DNA of 5,729 nucleotides, from positions 1-5,729 of the forward strand of contig JAUNDF010000039.1 in the NCBI GenBank assembly GCA_030526225.1. Direction: 5' to 3'. This document shows positions 4,622 to 5,729 of the stretch, piece after piece. Both the position numbers and the translations under genes were made by a program. The DNA comes from Clostridia bacterium. GTDB taxonomy: Bacteria > Bacillota > Clostridia > Christensenellales > Aristaeellaceae. Under the pieces are notes generated by a model that saw only the letters and a program-made list of their open reading frames with translations, made no database searches and was not told the DNA's origin. How positions within the stretch are numbered: position 1 is the first letter of the stretch; each line of letters begins with the position of its first letter.

Positions 4622-5188
4622 ATGGAGCTGAACAACACCGCCGATACCAATCAGCTGACCGAGCAGATTCTGACCAGGGAAACCGTATTCCCCGGCGTAA
4701 TTATCAACCTTGAGCACTGGAAGGTGACCCTGCCCAACGGCAAGGAAGCCATGCGCGAGGTCGCCTGTCACATCGGTGCCGCCGCCGTGGTGGCCATTGA
4801 TGATGATGACAACCTGCTGCTGGTACGCCAGCACCGGGTGGCCGTGGAGCGCATCACCCGGGAGATTCCCGCCGGCAAGCTGGACAGCAGGGACGAGGAT
4901 CCCTTCGAGTGCGCCAAGCGTGAGCTGAGCGAGGAAACCGGCATGACGGCCGAATCCTGGGAAAAGCTGACCTGCCTTGAGACCACCCCCGGCTTCTGCA
5001 ACGAGCGGATTCATGTGTATCTGGCCCGCGGCCTGAAGCAGGGCGAAACCCATCCGGATGAGGACGAGTTTGTGGATGTCATCCGCATGCCCGTTAAGGA
5101 GGCCGTAGCCGCTGTGATGCGCGGGGAAATCCGCGACAGCAAAACCGTCTGCGGCATCCTGATGGCATCGCAGAAGCTGGGCCTCTGA
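4622..5188 (+). CDS. nudF: ADP-ribose pyrophosphatase, Nudix hydrolase family (188 aa)
   Basis: Nudix box GKLDSRDEDPFECAKRELSEETGM lies at 4874-4945. The N-terminal region has the NudF-typical layout (E..F.G.......V.LPNGK...RE...H.GA.AV.A.......L.V.Q.R....R...EIPAGKL) and is collinear with Bacillus subtilis NudF as I recall it. The start is ATG 4622 with an upstream AAAGGAG. The stop is TGA 5186-5188. Confidence 0.88.
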   Translation: MELNNTADTNQLTEQILTRETVFPGVIINLEHWKVTLPNGKEAMREVACHIGAAAVVAIDDDDNLLLVRQHRVAVERITREIPAGKLDSRDEDPFECAKRELSEETGMTAESWEKLTCLETTPGFCNERIHVYLARGLKQGETHPDEDEFVDVIRMPVKEAVAAVMRGEIRDSKTVCGILMASQKLGL

Positions 5189-5292
5189 CATAATGACGAA
5201 CGGGCGGGGAATTTTCTTCCCGCAAAAAATTTGCAGCTGTAAAATGTTTTTTCAGCCGCACCATTCCCCACCGGAAAGGACTGCCGAACGCT

Positions 5293-5729
5293 GTGATCTT
5301 TGACCGACTGCTCAGCCGGCTGCAGGATGCCCTTGCAAGGCAATCAGAGGCACCGGAGCTGCTGTTTTCCAACCTGCCCACCCTGGAAACGCCGCGGCTT
5401 GTCCTGCGGAAAATGACCATGCAGGATGCCGCCGACATCTTTGAATACGCGCAGGATGAGCGGATGACGAAATATGTTCTGTGGGATGCCCACAAAACCA
5501 TCGCCGACAGCCGGGAATATCTGCGCTGCATGCGCCGCATGTATCGGGACGGCATGCCCTCCTCCTACGGCATTGTTTTGAAGGAGACGAACAAGGTCAT
5601 CGGCACCATCGGCTTTATGTCCTACAGCCCCGACAACCGCTGTGCCGAGGTGGGCTATTCCCTTGGGGCCGCCTACTGGAACAAGGGCCTTGCCACCGAA
5701 GCCCTCCGCGCCGTGCTGGATATGAGCTT
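5293..5729 (+). CDS. GNAT family N-acetyltransferase, RimJ/RimL-like (5' partial, continues past the window end)
   Basis: This ORF is absent from the track because it has no stop inside the window. The frame is open from 5197 to 5729. The translation ...LETPRLVLRKMTMQDAADIFEYAQDERMTKYVLWDAHKTIADSREYLRCMRRMYRDGMPSSYGIVLKETNKVIGTIGFMSYSPDNRCAEVGYSLGAAYWNKGLATEALRAVLD matches the RimJ/RimL (Acetyltransf_3-type) pattern: TxRLxLR, then W, then IG.IG, then N..AE.GY.L...YWGKG.ATEA. The only canonical in-frame start upstream of the conserved LETPRLVLR strand is GTG 5293, with GAAAGGA 12 nt upstream. The start is therefore uncertain. Confidence 0.8.
   Translation, partial: MIFDRLLSRLQDALARQSEAPELLFSNLPTLETPRLVLRKMTMQDAADIFEYAQDERMTKYVLWDAHKTIADSREYLRCMRRMYRDGMPSSYGIVLKETNKVIGTIGFMSYSPDNRCAEVGYSLGAAYWNKGLATEALRAVLDMS

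Noticed and set aside
4589-5191. 200-aa minus-strand ORF opposite nudF
   Set aside because: It is a same-register antisense shadow of nudF. The sequence has no motifs, while the + frame has a clear Nudix box and NudF-like collinearity.
5204-5223. Hairpin after nudF as an intrinsic terminator
   Set aside because: The stem has a bulge. An A-run follows it on the + strand and non-T-rich sequence follows it on the - strand, so it is not a canonical terminator in either orientation. It is kept only as a note in the junction finding.
5244-5303. 19-codon mini-ORF (MFFQPHHSPPERTAERCDL) overlapping the GTG start of the GNAT gene, possibly a leader peptide or translational coupling
   Set aside because: There is no Shine-Dalgarno site upstream of its ATG and no attenuator-like structure tied to it, so it is probably fortuitous.
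5011-5555. Minus-strand ORFs 5011-5343 and 5094-5555 (110 and 153 aa)
   Set aside because: They are Arg/Ser/Cys-rich antisense or out-of-frame translations spanning the nudF 3' end, the intergenic spacer and the GNAT 5' end. They have no SD sites or motifs, and the + strand genes explain the region.

Overview
GC-rich window with strong G/C third-position codon bias. It looks like a Clostridia-type Firmicute chromosome, but that is a guess from codon usage and Shine-Dalgarno style only. There are three genes. I see no rRNA, tRNA, CRISPR array, transposase or recognisable defence gene. (1) 262-4425 (-) encodes a 1,387-aa modular cell-surface protein. From N to C it has a lipoprotein-type signal peptide, a Trp-rich N-terminal domain, five MucBP-like repeats, four SH3b-like modules, an unassigned membrane-proximal region, one TM helix and a roughly 220-aa low-complexity cytoplasmic tail. 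A near-consensus promoter, a GGAGG Shine-Dalgarno site and a clean intrinsic terminator flank it. (2) 4622-5188 (+) is a NudF-type ADP-ribose pyrophosphatase, transcribed divergently. (3) 5293->5729 (+) is the 5' part of a RimJ/RimL-like GNAT acetyltransferase and runs off the window. The 1,448-aa plus-strand ORF (241-4587) is a same-register antisense shadow of gene 1, not a gene. I do not see convincing evidence for a novel multi-gene system. Three things seem worth following up: the apparently double-anchored, enzyme-free architecture of the giant surface protein; its sticker/spacer-like cytoplasmic tail; and a densely structured non-coding block (1-240) downstream of it that may be an unclassified RNA truncated by the window edge. 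No database search or folding computation was run, so all domain calls rest on motif recognition by eye.
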